Source: the human T2T-CHM13v2.0 reference genome, Homo sapiens. From it: a stretch of 64,000 bases of DNA. The position numbers and the translations under genes are program-made. A model generated the notes under the pieces. That model saw only the letters and a program-made list of their open reading frames with translations. It made no database searches and had not been told where the DNA came from. This document shows positions 14,428 through 28,340 of the stretch, piece after piece. The stretch is taken from the NCBI RefSeq assembly GCF_009914755.1, contig NC_060925.1; one strand, 5' to 3'. The stretch's first letter is position 1. Each line of letters opens with the position of its first letter.

Positions 14428-14966
14428 AGTGATGGTTAATATTAAGCGTCAACTTGATTGGGTTGAAGGATGCAAAGTATTGTTTCTGGGTGTGTCTGTG
14501 AGGGTGTTGCCAAAAGAGATGAACATTTGAGTCAGTGGACTGGGAGAGGCAGACCCACCCTTAATGTGGGTGCGAACCATCCAATCAGCTGCCAGTGTGG
14601 CTAGGATAAAGCAGGCAGAAGGTGGGAGATGCCAACTTGCTGAGTCTTCTGGCCTTCATCTTTCTCCCATGCTGGATGCTTCCTGCCCTCGAACATCAGA
14701 CTCCAAAATTGTGGCTCTTGGACTTTTGGACTTACAGCAATGGCTCTTGGGCCTTCGGCCACAGACTGAAGGCTGTACTGTCAGCTTCCCTACTTTCAAG
14801 GTTTTGGAATTGGGACTGAGCCACGACTGCCTTTCTTGCTCCTCAGCTTGCAGAAGGCCTATCGTGGGATTTCACCTTGTGATTTTGAGTCAATTCTCCT
14901 TAATAAACTCCCCTTCATATATACACCTATCTTATTAGTTCTGTCCCTCTAGAGAACCCTAATACA
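14428..14966 (+). mobile_element. MLT2A (probably MLT2A2) HERV-L solo LTR
   Basis: Starts (t/a)gtgatggttaatatt...tcaacttgattgg; ends tctgtccctctagagaaccctaataca; ~540 bp, AATAAA near the 3' end. Confidence 0.9.
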
Positions 14967-15849
14967 ATACTACTCACTACCCTGTAGAATAGTGAATGAC
15001 TCAAGAGAAGGATCTTTCTTCTTTGAATTTCTGCATGAGACCTCTTGACAATGGTTTTATCTGGCTGTTCATGTAAGTGAAGTGAGGCTTGGTGGTAGAA
15101 CGGTGGTGGCCTGGTGTCAGGAGGAGAGGGCTCTAGACCCACGCCTGCCTTAGCCAGCCAGTTCTTATTTAAATGTGGCAATTAAATGCATGTAAGAGGC
15201 AGATCTGGGCATTGAAATCTGCAGGAGCAACATAAGGAAGCTGGACTATATCTGTAGTGTTCAAACACTTTTAAAGGAGTAAAAACCTTTTTTACAAACA
15301 CTATTTTTTGTGATATGCCTCTATACAGAGCAGATGTAGCAGGAGACATTCTGAAGAAGAACCGGGAGCTCAGAACTCATCAGCTCAACCTATTATGATC
15401 CGCCCTCCCCACCACTCCAGCTCCCCTCCCCCAACTCTTTGGTGGCTTCTCAGGAACTTTCAGGGAAATATCTGTGGACTAGATGATCTCCATGATCTAT
15501 TTCTGGTCCCAGGTAACTTCCGTAGTGGGTAAGCTCCTTGAGGCAGGCATTGAAACTTACTTTTTCCAACTCCTGTTCCCACACGATCCCCTTAATGCTC
15601 AGCGAAATATTGGACACACATAAGCAGTTCATATTTATTTATCCTAGTCAACTTCCTGGTGATTAGAAAATAATTAGGAAAGTATTACTATATGCTTGTA
15701 GTTACACAGATTTAGCCTATTTATGCCAGTATTTTAGGGCTAGTTTAAGGTTTTAATTGTGAAATGATTAAAAAAAAAAACTGGGTGCAATTTCTTAGTA
15801 ATGATACCTTTCACTCCCGAGTGTTCTGAGCATTGAATTAGTAGATATC

Positions 15850-16340
15850 TGCTGGGGTGGCTCTTGGTTCAGAGTTCCCCCATCTCTGGGACTGACACCA
15901 ACAAGAGTTGCCATGGCTTTTTCCAAGCAGCGCAACCCTATCTTCTCCCCAAACCCTGCCTATGGTTTATTTGTCTAGGGATGGACACCCATCGAAAACA
16001 GGCCAATCAGAATCTTTCCCTGGGGTTTTCTGAATTGGAACCAAGAGAAGATTGCCTCTCTCCCTCTGATGGCAGCAGCCCCTGCATGCCGGATTCAGGG
16101 GCTTTCTGAGCTGTGATCCCCACCACATGAAGGCAGTCAGTCTGTGGAAGACAGCGAAGCCTTCCTCTGAGAAGAATGACAGAGAGTCATGGTGGTGTTT
16201 AAGCTTCACTTTCAAGTTGCTTCTGGGTCCCTGCTCTTATTCCTGATTATGGTCCAGTATCATTCTGAATCCCAGTGTGGCCTAAACTAGTTTGAATCAA
16301 GTTTCTGTCACTTACAACCAAAAGAATCCAGACTAATATA
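15850..16340 (+). mobile_element. Ancient ERVL LTR (LTR16-like)
   Basis: ggccaatcagaatctttccctggg and the terminal gtttctgtcacttacaaccaaaagaatccagactaata. Confidence 0.6.
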
Positions 16341-18421
16341 AGAGTCTTGCCTTCTTTGTGTTTCTTATCTGATTTCATATTAAGTTTATTCTCCATGATG
16401 TTAGTATTGAGATGTGCACACTTTCTGTGCCTCTACTTGATACTCAGATGGTTATCCATGCCAAGGCATGGCACGAGGAGGTCCTTGAAGACCTAAACTA
16501 GTTGTGGGTGACTGTTTTCTGCAAGACAGGTTGGAGCTTCTCCTTTGTGTTGGCATCATGTCCTCTAGTTGCCTCTTATAATATTTGTGAACAGCATGGT
16601 GCTCATCTGTCTGCTTTCTCTCCTAAGCTGTTTCTGAACTTCTCTGAGGACAGGGACAGTGTCTTATCAATCTCTATGAACAATTTCTAGAAATTTCATT
16701 GATTTCTGATTGATTACCTATGCCAAACACAATACCTGGGACATTGTAGGCACTCAATTTTATTTTTTATTTGTTTATAGCAAAATGTCTTGCCAGATAG
16801 TACAATCAGCTTCTCCTCACTTTTCTTCATTGAGGGGTTACACCCTCAATCACTGGAAATCACTGAGAGTAGCACCACCTCCCTCAAAGGGTAGGGGAGT
16901 CTGTCTTAGATGGCTAAAATGTCTTTGAGTCGCTGAAGGTGGTTTCTCTCCAAAGAGTGGGTATAAGGTGCCCTAGAGGTACGGAACTCAGCCTATCATA
17001 GGGAAAGTGAATAGCTTCAACATTTAGAAAAGGGGGCAGAGTACTTTGGATGTTTAAGCTTTAAGAGAAAAAAAAAAAAAACAAAGCAACTGAACTGCAA
17101 ACGTAGAGCCCTGGGAAGGAAGGGAGAAGGTGGCTCTGGATCCCAGAGGTAGTACACAGTGGAACCAACACCAGCTCAGTGCCTCTGCAGCTAATGAGTA
17201 CCCAGGGATGCCAGTGGGAAGAGCTGGGCGTTGGGAGCTGCATGGTGGGAGCAGAGAAGTGGGATATTCTTGGCTGCAGCCAGCACTGAGGAAATGGCAC
17301 CATCCTTTCATGGAGAAGCCCGCCAGGCCTGTGCAGAGATCTGGACCTGTGAGGCAGTTTTCCCTAGGGAATCACTTTCACGTGACAGATGACGCAGCAC
17401 TGCCACTCAGTCGAAACACTGTATGGTACAAGAAGCCAAGCAACAATGGAGGACTGAACAGGCTTCTGTATTTTTCCTGATCTGATACACGAGGCTGCAA
17501 GGACCTCCTGAACAGTTGGTCAGGGAGCAGGACAGTGTCCGAGAGACGCTGGAGCATCCTACTAATAAAGAGCCTCCGGCAATGAATTAGAAACAGTAAA
17601 AGTGCCATGACCAGATTCTGTATTCCATTTTTGAAAGACAGATAATACTGCCTACACATGGCATTTGGGTCCATTCTGATGGACTGTGTCACAAAACTTC
17701 AGTATGTCAAAAGGCCCCTGCTGGTCTGTTACAACATAGGAATGCCAGACGTTTACATAGGGTTCGTGTCTCACAGCAGTCCCGTGAAGATAAGCAGGGC
17801 AGTTAGCGCTATCTCCATTTCAAGGTGAAGAAATTATTGCTCAGAGAGATGGAGTGACTCGTTATTGTTAAAAGGACAGTTAATGGTAGAGCACTTTCCA
17901 CTATGTGGAGGTTTCTCCTTCACCAGACAGTTAACAGATATCCCCCCAGTCCACTTCTATCTTCTATGGAATTTGGAAAACTGGGAGGCAATGTGGAGGG
18001 GTGGAGAGAACACTTGGCCCCTTGTCAAGCCATCTAGCTTCTGGTTCTACCCATCAGCTGGCTGGGCAGCAAGACGCAAGCTCTTTCTATGGGACCTTTA
18101 GGCTTTCTGTTCTTCATCTTGAGAGATAAGTCAAATGGCCTTGAAAGTCCTCTCTAGCATGAACATCTCTTGGATTTGTAGGTGCAAAGAGAAAGATATG
18201 GCTTCTAGGTGGGGTGGGACAACTAATTAATTGCTAGTTGCCCTCCAATTTTGAATCTCCCTTTATTTTTAAAAATAAACTTAGTCTTGGGATGGTTTTA
18301 GATTTACAGAATTATTGAAAGGATAGTACAAAAGGTTCCCATATATCCCATGCCAAGCTTCCCATATGAATACCTTATATTGGTACAGCACATTTGTCGC
18401 TATTAATAAACCAGTATCCAG

Positions 18422-18726
<305 letters not shown>

Positions 18727-19266
18727 TTAATAAACCAGTATCCAGTATTGATACATTCTTATTAACTGAAGTCCATGCTTTGTTCTGTTTTCCTCAGTTT
18801 TTCCCTAATGTCCTTTGTTGTTGCTGCTGTTGTTCCAGGATCGCATCCAACATGCCACATGACATTTATTAGTCAGGTCTCCTTAGACTACTCTTGGCTG
18901 TGACAGTTTCTCAGACTTTCCTTGTTTTTGATGACCTTGACAGTTGTGAGGAATACCGACTGGTCAGGTATTTTGTAAAATGACCCTCAACTGGGATTTG
19001 TTTGATGTTTTTTTATAATAAGACTGAAGTAATATGTTTTGGGGAAGAGGACCACAGAGGTAAAATGCCATTCTAACCATATTATATCAAGGGTACATAC
19101 TATCAACATGATTTATCACTGTTGATGTTAACCTTGATTACCTGGCTTCAGGTAGTATTTGTCAGGTTTCTCCACTGTAAAGTTTCTTATTTTTTTTCCT
19201 CCTTTTCCAAACTGTACTTTTGGAAGAAAGTCACTACATGTAGCCCACACTTAAAAGTGGAGAATT

Positions 19267-19560
19267 GGCCGGGTGTGGTGGCTCATGCCTGTAATCCCAG
19301 CACTTTGGGAGGCCGAGGCGGGCATATCACGAGGTCAGGAGATTGAGATCATCCTGGCTAACACGGTGAAACCCCGTTTCTACTAAAAATCCAAAAAATT
19401 AGCCGGGCGTGGTGGCTGTTGCCTGTAGTCCCAGCTACTCGGGAGGCTGAGGCAGGAGAATGGCATAAGTAAACCCAGGAGGCGGAGCTTGCAGTAAGCC
19501 TAGATCGCACCACTGCACTCCAGGCTGGGCGACAGAGTGAGACTTCATCTTAAAAAAAAA
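19267..19560 (+). mobile_element. AluY SINE
   Basis: atcacgaggtcaggagat...ggctaacacggtg; TSD AAAAGTGGAGAATT (19253-19266, 19561-19574) at a canonical TT|AAAA L1 endonuclease site. Confidence 0.92.
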
Positions 19561-19759
19561 AAAAGTGGAGAATTATGCTTCCTCTCCTTAAGGGTAGAAT
19601 ATGTAAATAAATTACAGTGTTTGGAATTTTTCTGCATAGGAGATTTGTCTATTCCCCTCTATTTACTTATGCAATCATTTATTTATATCAGCCGGTCTCA
19701 TAGATATTTGTTTTATACTTTGGGTTATAATCCAATACTACTTCAATTTATTTTGATGC

Positions 19760-20652
<893 letters not shown>

Positions 20653-21024
20653 TTATTATCATTAAAATGTTTGTAAAGATGCAGCCATGGGTAGTTGGAT
20701 GTTGTTTGCTAGCTGTTTGATTCTCTGACTTCTTCTAAGATTGGTTCTTTTGTACAAATGTAAGGCAAGTTCCACCCATTATCCTTTCAGTAAGCCCTGA
20801 GGACATTTGAAATCTCTTGGCAGATAATGCGATGTTCTACTTAGTTATTTAAATTGAATGAGTCTTTTGCTGTGCTTTTGAAGGAAGAGCAGAAGAGATT
20901 TTTTGAGAAAGATTTAGTTAGAATAGTGTGCTGGTATTCCCTGACGTCAGGTTAAATTTGTGCATGTAAGGTCGCTATGGACTTTGGGCAAGGAAGAATT
21001 GTATTAGTCCTTAAAGCAGAGTGC

Positions 21025-21500
<476 letters not shown>

Positions 21501-21842
21501 GTTAGGACCTGGCTAATGGGTAGCATAGGAGTGATTGGATTGTTGGAAGAGGAATTGGCTGTGAGCTCTATAGTAACAGCTGGATTTATCTTTCCATCTC
21601 CAGTGCCTAGCAAGGAGCTGTAGGAATGAATAAATGAATGCTTGAAAGAAAACCAGGATGAGAGAGATTATCACGACGCGAAGTGTCCGGGAGTCCTTCC
21701 CAGCCTCATTTTCCTGAGGTTTTCTTGAATAGTTGAGAGTTTGGGAATAAAAAGGGGAGGGGAGGACACCAAAGACAAAAGAAGAGAATTAGCAAAGGCA
21801 CATGATTATAAAGTAACCTGATACAACGCTATGTTTTAGAAC

Positions 21843-22043
21843 TCTGCTGTCTAACAGAGTAACCACTAATCACACGTGGGTATTGACATTTAAATTAACT
21901 AAGATTTAAAATTCAGTTCCTTAGTCATACTAGCCACATTTCAAGTGACCAGTGGCCACATAGAGCTAGTGGCTTCTAAATAGGACAGAACGGATGCAGC
22001 ACATTTTCCCCATCATTACAGAAAGATCTGCTGGACAGTGCGC
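21843..22043 (-). mobile_element. MER3 hAT-Charlie MITE
   Basis: aaattcagttccttagtcatactagccacatttcaagtg...catcattacagaaagatctgctggacagtgc; gctgtc/gacag termini. Confidence 0.8.
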
Positions 22044-22169
22044 TTTCAGGGTGAGGTACGAAGGGCAGCACCAGCTGGAAAAGTGAGTGGGGTTGGATGA
22101 AAAAGGACTTTGTGCAGCATGCTTGGGAGCTCAGACTTGATCCAGAAATTGATGGGGAGCTATTGAAAG

Positions 22170-22620
22170 GTTTTTAAAATTATAATAAAATACATTCATA
22201 AAATTTACCATTTTAACCTTTATTAAGTGTAAATTCAGTGGCATTAAATACATCCATATTGTTGTGCAACATTGCCACTATCCATCTCCAGAACACTTCC
22301 ATCATCACAAACTGAAACTCTGTAGACCTCAAACGATAACTTTCCATTCACCTCTCCCCCAGCGCTTGGTAACCACTCTTCTACTTTCTTTCTCAATGAA
22401 TTTGACTATTCTATGGACCATATAAAAGGGAAATCATACAATACTTGTCCTGGCTTATTTCACTTAGCGTAATGTTTCAAGGGTCATTCATGTTGTAGCA
22501 TGGATCAGAATTTTCTTCCTTTTTAAGGCTGAATAATGTATACACCACATTTTGTTTCTCCATTCATCCATTGATGAACATTTGCGTTGCTCCCACCTTT
22601 TGGATATTGTGATATTGTGG
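22170..22620 (-). mobile_element. L1MB 3' end fragment
   Basis: aaatttaccattttaacc...aagtgtaaattcagtggcattaaatacat...ggtaaccactcttctacttt...tggcttatttcacttagcgtaatgtt. Confidence 0.85.
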
Positions 22621-23048
22621 ATCAGTGAAGTACAGGGGTGGTGGACATGTACTATGCACCTGAACCATCAATATTTCATCCTCTGGGCCACAGTGATTGG
22701 CTCAGAGGCTAACATGTGAGCCAAGATGGACCGTATTAGAACCACTTTGGTACTATATTGGAACGCTTGAGAACAGCATTCTCTCTGCTGAGGTTGCTAA
22801 GCAGCTAGAATTTACACCTGGAGCTGCTAATCACCATCTTGTCACTACAAGGAGAGCCTTCCTGAGAATAAACCAACCTTAAACCCAGAGGACAGCAGAG
22901 TGAGAGTTGAAGATAGATGGACTACTGTCTTCATCTGAACACCTGGGTCTACTTTCCAAGTTACAAGAACCAATACATTTTCTCTTTTGCATATGTCAGT
23001 TTGAAATTAGTTTCTGACACTAGCAGTCAAGAGTCCTGAAAAACACAG
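22620..23048 (+). mobile_element. MLT1K/L-like ancient LTR
   Basis: ggccacagtgattggctcag, cctggagctgctaatcaccatcttg, terminal gtttctgacactagcagtcaagagtcctga. Confidence 0.65.
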
Positions 23049-23829
23049 ATTGATACATAAAGATTTGCATTTTTAAAAGATATATTGATGATTCTGGGAA
23101 GAGAAGATTTGAGAAAGCAAATCTGGAAGCAGAGATACAGTTAGGAAGCTATTACAATAGACAGAGGCAGAGATGGCTGTGATATCAAGTGGGACAGTGC
23201 CAGCAGGGACAGGGAGAAGGGGATGGGGTTTAATGCATATTTAGGAAATGGGAGGCCCAGAACTGTGTGGCTGATTGGGCTGGGCACTCAAGAAATAGCA
23301 AAATGATCCCATCTTTCTGGCCTGGAGGTCTGGGGTTGGTGATGACATTGGCTAAGATAAGCAATATGTAGGGAGGTGTAGTTTGATGGAAAAATGAACT
23401 ATTCTGAACACGTTAAGTTTGAGGTGCCTGGGGGATGCTCAAATCGAGATGCTTAGCAGAAATTTGCGTAAATGAGTTAGAAGATCAGATGAAAGATCAG
23501 AGCTAGAGATGAAGGTCTGAGAGGTGTTGTCTGGCCTTTAGAGCCATGGGGGTAAATTAGACAACTCTGAGTGAGTCTGTAGAGAAGAGCAGGGACAGAA
23601 GGGAACTCTACGACATCGGTGTTCAACGAAACTGTTTTTTGATGAAAGAGGAGTCCACCCAAGAGATAAAGAAGGAAGAGGCAGAGAGTTAGGAAGGAGG
23701 CACGGAATGTTACAAGGAGGCAGTGTTCAACCCTGTCAAAAGCAATGGTGAGGCCATTCAAGTGAGGCTGGACAGGGCACCTCAGAGGTCTCTAAGCAGG
23801 TGCCAGGTGAGAAGCAGTTTTTGCTCAAC

Positions 23830-24050
23830 CTTGCCTTGGGGAGGTAGTGCAGTGCCATGAAGTCAGACTCCACCTCTGCCCTGTAGTGCTTGGGAGATGT
23901 TTGGCAAGTCTCTCCACCTCTCTGAGTCTCAGTCTCCAAATCTATAAAATGCAGATGGTATCCCATTTATGTAAGATTGTTGTGAGGCTTCACTGAGTCA
24001 TTAATAAAGCTCTAATCCAGAGCCTGACACACCACAGGCATTCAATGCAT
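23830..24050 (+). mobile_element. MIR SINE
   Basis: ggcaagtctctccacctctctgagtctcagtctcc...ctataaaatg...gttgtgagg. Confidence 0.7.
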
Positions 24051-24617
24051 CCCAGCCTCTTTCTTTTCCATTCCTTTCATATCAGGGATGTCCAGTGACC
24101 ACATTTCTGTTCATTCTTTTGAGTTTGAGAAGAGGGAGGGCCACCTTGAAGTGTCTGGGCAGGGGCTAGATCTTAAGTCAGCCTCTTGCTCCTATAAAAG
24201 TTAAAATTAAGGGCGGCATGAGGGGTCAGTAAGCAGCAAGGAGGCATAGGGGAGACAGAAAATGGGTATAGGAATCTTGCTGATTGAGGATTGGAGTCCC
24301 GGGGTCGGTGAATGATCTGTGACTCTGAAAGGGTGGGCTGAGAAAAGCAGAGACCTGAGGGCTGGGGATGGAGCCTGTGCTGCCAAACAGTGGGCCACCA
24401 GTGGCCTGTAGGTATGGACCCCTATTCAAGGCAGAGGGCCATTCAGGAAGGCAGTACCCTGGCAGGAAAACTGTGGAACTGAAAGGGACTATTTGCCCAC
24501 AATAAGGAGGATTTCAAGGGTAGGAGATTCTCCCTAGCAGGAAGTTTTTCCTATGCTGTTTTCTATTTTCATAGGAGATATAAGCCTGAACAGGTGGACT
24601 TGGGACTTGGAGTAATT

Positions 24618-24620
<3 letters not shown>

Positions 24621-24653
<33 letters not shown>
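24621..24653. repeat. (AC)16 microsatellite
   Basis: Pure dinucleotide run. Confidence 0.97.
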
Positions 24654-24655
<2 letters not shown>

Positions 24656-25811
24656 GTGAGTAACCCACATTATCATCCACATATCATGCAGCCTATAGCT
24701 GGAGTTACCCCTCCTTGTGTGCTCATGGAGGTCCCATTGGAAAAGCCTAGCTCAGTCCTACCTCACAGAAAGGGCAGAAGCAATACAAGTTTACTCAGAT
24801 TTTGTTAATATTTTTATTCCAATAACCTCCAAATAATATCCTATAAAAATGTAAATTATTTTTTCTGTCATCTGTTACTTATGAAAAATATTATAACAAC
24901 AATAAAGGAATCTTAAAAATGATCTAATTTCATATTTTATGCCAAAATGTGGCCAGGAAGAAAGGTCCCAGTGACTGTGGTGTCTGAAAGTGCAGATTTT
25001 CAATTTGTGAGCGCTGGTGGCCTCAGAAGGACTGACTTCGTTGGTCAGGCTTAAAGAGACTCTTTGAAGAAGGTGGGATAATGGATAAAGTTTTTTTCTT
25101 TTTGAGGATTTGAATTTTAAAAGATGTTATTTAAAGTTATTGCACATATATTTTTGTTCAATGAGTTGTGTAAATGGGTTCAGTCAATCAATATGATCAT
25201 TTATATTAAAATAATGTTATTTCATTGGTTTCACACCAGCCCCCGAGAGGTCTAAAGAGTGAGGAATCTCTTATTCATGCACCAGAGACACAAACAACTA
25301 AGAGAAAGGTGGGAGGGGAAGTGAAGAAAAGCCATTCCAGAGAAGGACTAGGGAATGGCGGTTATGGTGTCACAGAATCTGCGAGAAACAGCACAAGGTA
25401 GCTTCCTAGAGTCCTGTGTGCTCTGTGGTACGGCAACCCAGGAATTCAGGGCTCAAGGGCAGCCCCTCAAATGAGTGTGTGATTTGCAGGGTTTTTAAAA
25501 TTTATTATTATTATTATTTTTTTTTTGCACGCATGTTGTCTTTTAAGGACCTGGCTGTGATCCTTCTGCATATACCTCAAGGAGAGCTCAAAGAGAGCTC
25601 AAGAGACCAGGAAGGCTAGAGATCTCCCTGCAGTGTCTTGCCTGAAGCCTCTGGATGTTAAGGTCTAACTTTGTCTTTCTTACAGAGTTATACCTTGTCT
25701 AACCATATGAAAATATCAGGAGGCACAGAGTTTTATCACTTTTTTGTTTTGACAACCCAAGAACTGATTGCTCTGACAATTGTGCTCTGAATTAAGTGTT
25801 TAATCGGAGTA

Positions 25812-25825
25812 CCAGCAGATGGCGC
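25812..25825 (+). promoter_or_regulatory. Consensus CTCF motif
   Basis: CCAGCAGATGGCGC matches CCASYAGRKGGCRS fully, in unique sequence; binding not shown. Confidence 0.7.
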
Positions 25826-28129
25826 CATTTGTCATTTATTGACGCTACTACCCACGGCTAAAGCAGGGGGCTTCTTGCCTCTTTAATTTGGATAGTATTA
25901 TAAGTAAAGTGTTTTCTACTGTTTATTATGCATGAGCCAAAATTCTATGAATGTGTAACATTTTCTCTTGTATTTCCTTTTTTATAACATCATTTAAATT
26001 CCTTATTAATAATTTAAAAATGTTCTGGATTTTAATCACTTTTCTCATCACTAAAATATCTGATGAAGAGATGTTTGTTCCCCTGCTGAAGGTGAGACAG
26101 AGGAAACCATCAGCAAGGAAGAAAAAAGAGAATCTCACTTTTAAACCGAGCTCTTCGCCCCTCTCACGTCACCCCATCTTTTCAGTTTAATTGAATAATA
26201 TTTATTTAATTAATAAAAATATCTGCCTAGTGCAGGTTTCAGAAATCCAAGGCCAGAATAGGCTGCCATTAATAAAACAAGTTTTTTATATCCAAGTTTA
26301 ATTATGGTGGTGTGTGTTTGATAGCTTGTTACTGTAAATAAAAGAGATAAAGGCAGCCCTTCACTGGAGTAGCTCGAGAGCTGTGAAATATGTACCTAAT
26401 TAAAACTATTGGTGTAAGAGGCTAATAAAGTACATGTGCCTACTAGATGTCTTATTCTAATGAATCTCGGCTAATTTGCTTTGACTGATGAATTTCGGTG
26501 TTAGTGGTAGGGGCTGAATAATTATGAAATTTATCACAAGATACAAGGACTCATTAAGGATTACTCAGGTTGAGTTAGAGGAATGTTTTCTTTGTCAAGA
26601 ACACAGGCCTTGACCAACATAATTATGGCAATGGGAAAGAGTAGCCGGATTCCTATCCAAACCCCAACAAATGTTCAAGGCCAGAAGGGGCGCACATTTA
26701 TGAGTGGGGGTGGGCGTGTGAGGTGGGGAGGGTGGACAGGACACTCTGTGTCAACTCTGCAAGAGATACCTGTGTGGTATTTATGCCTGAATTTTAAAGC
26801 ATTCAGCACTCACGGATGGCTCTAATGACAATGACTGGCTTCCCACCCTCTTATTGAAAACACTTCCCTACTCTTCATGAAGAAAAATGGACGAGGCTAG
26901 CATTTATTTAGCAAGGACACTACTGCGGGAAACCACAGTCAGCTCCCAATTCTTTTTTTCTGCTCATAAGTTTTAGCTCTCTGAGACTCCAGACTTACAA
27001 ATTAATCTGATTTCATTAACTCCCGGTGGCAGACTCCAAAACTGGGGCCATGATTGGAAACCGTTCATGTAATCAGTGTCACGTAATCACTTGCAGAATG
27101 CCCTAAAGGTAAAAAAAAAAATCTGTTTATCTTAAAACAGAAATTTTAATTGTTAGAATGCATGCTGCTGGCAACGCAGAGGAATAATATCTTCCCAAGA
27201 CGAACCGGACATTCTGCTCCTCACCGTCCAGGACCCAGAGCTGAAGAGGAGGACACACCTAGACACCTTTCTGAGGACAACTGGACACGGAAGCAGGAGC
27301 CGGCAGGCAGGACCCCCTCTCTGAGGACAGGAATGAATGAATGAGCGAATGAAGGGCCACTGTGAGCCTGGCTGGTTTCAGTCCCTTCCTCTGGGGACCA
27401 GGCAGGGACTGTGGTGGGGGTGGGGGTGCAGAGAGACAGCAATGCCCCAGCAAGTGACACTTGATGACACCCCAGCTGGAAGTCTTGTCAAACAAATGGA
27501 GAGTTATTTACCCCCCTACCACCAGAGACGGCTGTTCCCAGGGCTGAAATCAAGGGGGATGCCACAAGGTCTCACGGGGGTTTCGTGACCCTGACCTCCG
27601 GGCAATTACAGTGAGAGATTTCCCTTCTTGTTCACATACTGGCATTAGTATGAACAAAGAACTTCAATCTCTGTGACATCAAACCAGATATACAGATATA
27701 TAAAAATGTGTGTGTGTGTATATACATAATGTACACACACACATAAATATGTTTCTAAATGTGATTTACAACTAAAACAATTAGAAATTCAATTCGTAGG
27801 TGTCTTACCACTAAAGCTTTCAAATCAGTTAACCCTCTGCTTTGTTTTTCTTTCTGGAAATAACTTTGAAACAAACTTCCAATTTACTTTCCTTTGAAGA
27901 GAAATGTCAGGCACAACATTAAGTGAAAGCTCAACTTTTATGCCAAAGACCAAAACTACTGGATAACTTGTTGAATTTTACAATTCTTATTGTCTTTGTC
28001 TTCTAACTCAAAAAGGCATCCCTTATTCAGCGAAGGAAATGCCTCTGTGATTCAGGACAAGGCAAAGGGTGCTGAGGGTTTTGGGGTCTCCCCTTCTCTA
28101 TCCCCCCTTCCTCCTGACCCTTTTCCCTA

Positions 28130-28340
28130 AAATAAGTAATAATAATAATAAATACTAAATGCTTACCATGTACCAGGCAGATGCTTTTACAGTTATGTAA
28201 TTCTCACAACAACCCTAAGAGGTAGGAGCTATGACTATTTCTTTCATTTTGCAGAATAAATTAATTTTGCACTCTAGTTCAGAGAGCAGAGGGAGTTTGT
28301 CCCACCCAGCCGGTAAGCAGTAGAGTCAGCTTCCACTCTG
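28130..28340 (-). mobile_element. MIR SINE
   Basis: gcttaccatgtaccaggca...ctcacaacaaccctaagaggtagg...catttttgcaga. Confidence 0.7.

Larger units (their letters stand above)
22050..23780 (-). mobile_element. L2 LINE fragment with nested L1MB and MLT1 insertions
   Basis: gatggggagctattgaaaggttttt (~22150) continues as agatttgcatttttaaaagat...ggaagcagagatacagttaggaagctatt (~23060 onward). Confidence 0.65.

Noticed and set aside
14564-14938. 124-aa ORF
   Set aside because: Lies wholly within the MLT2A LTR
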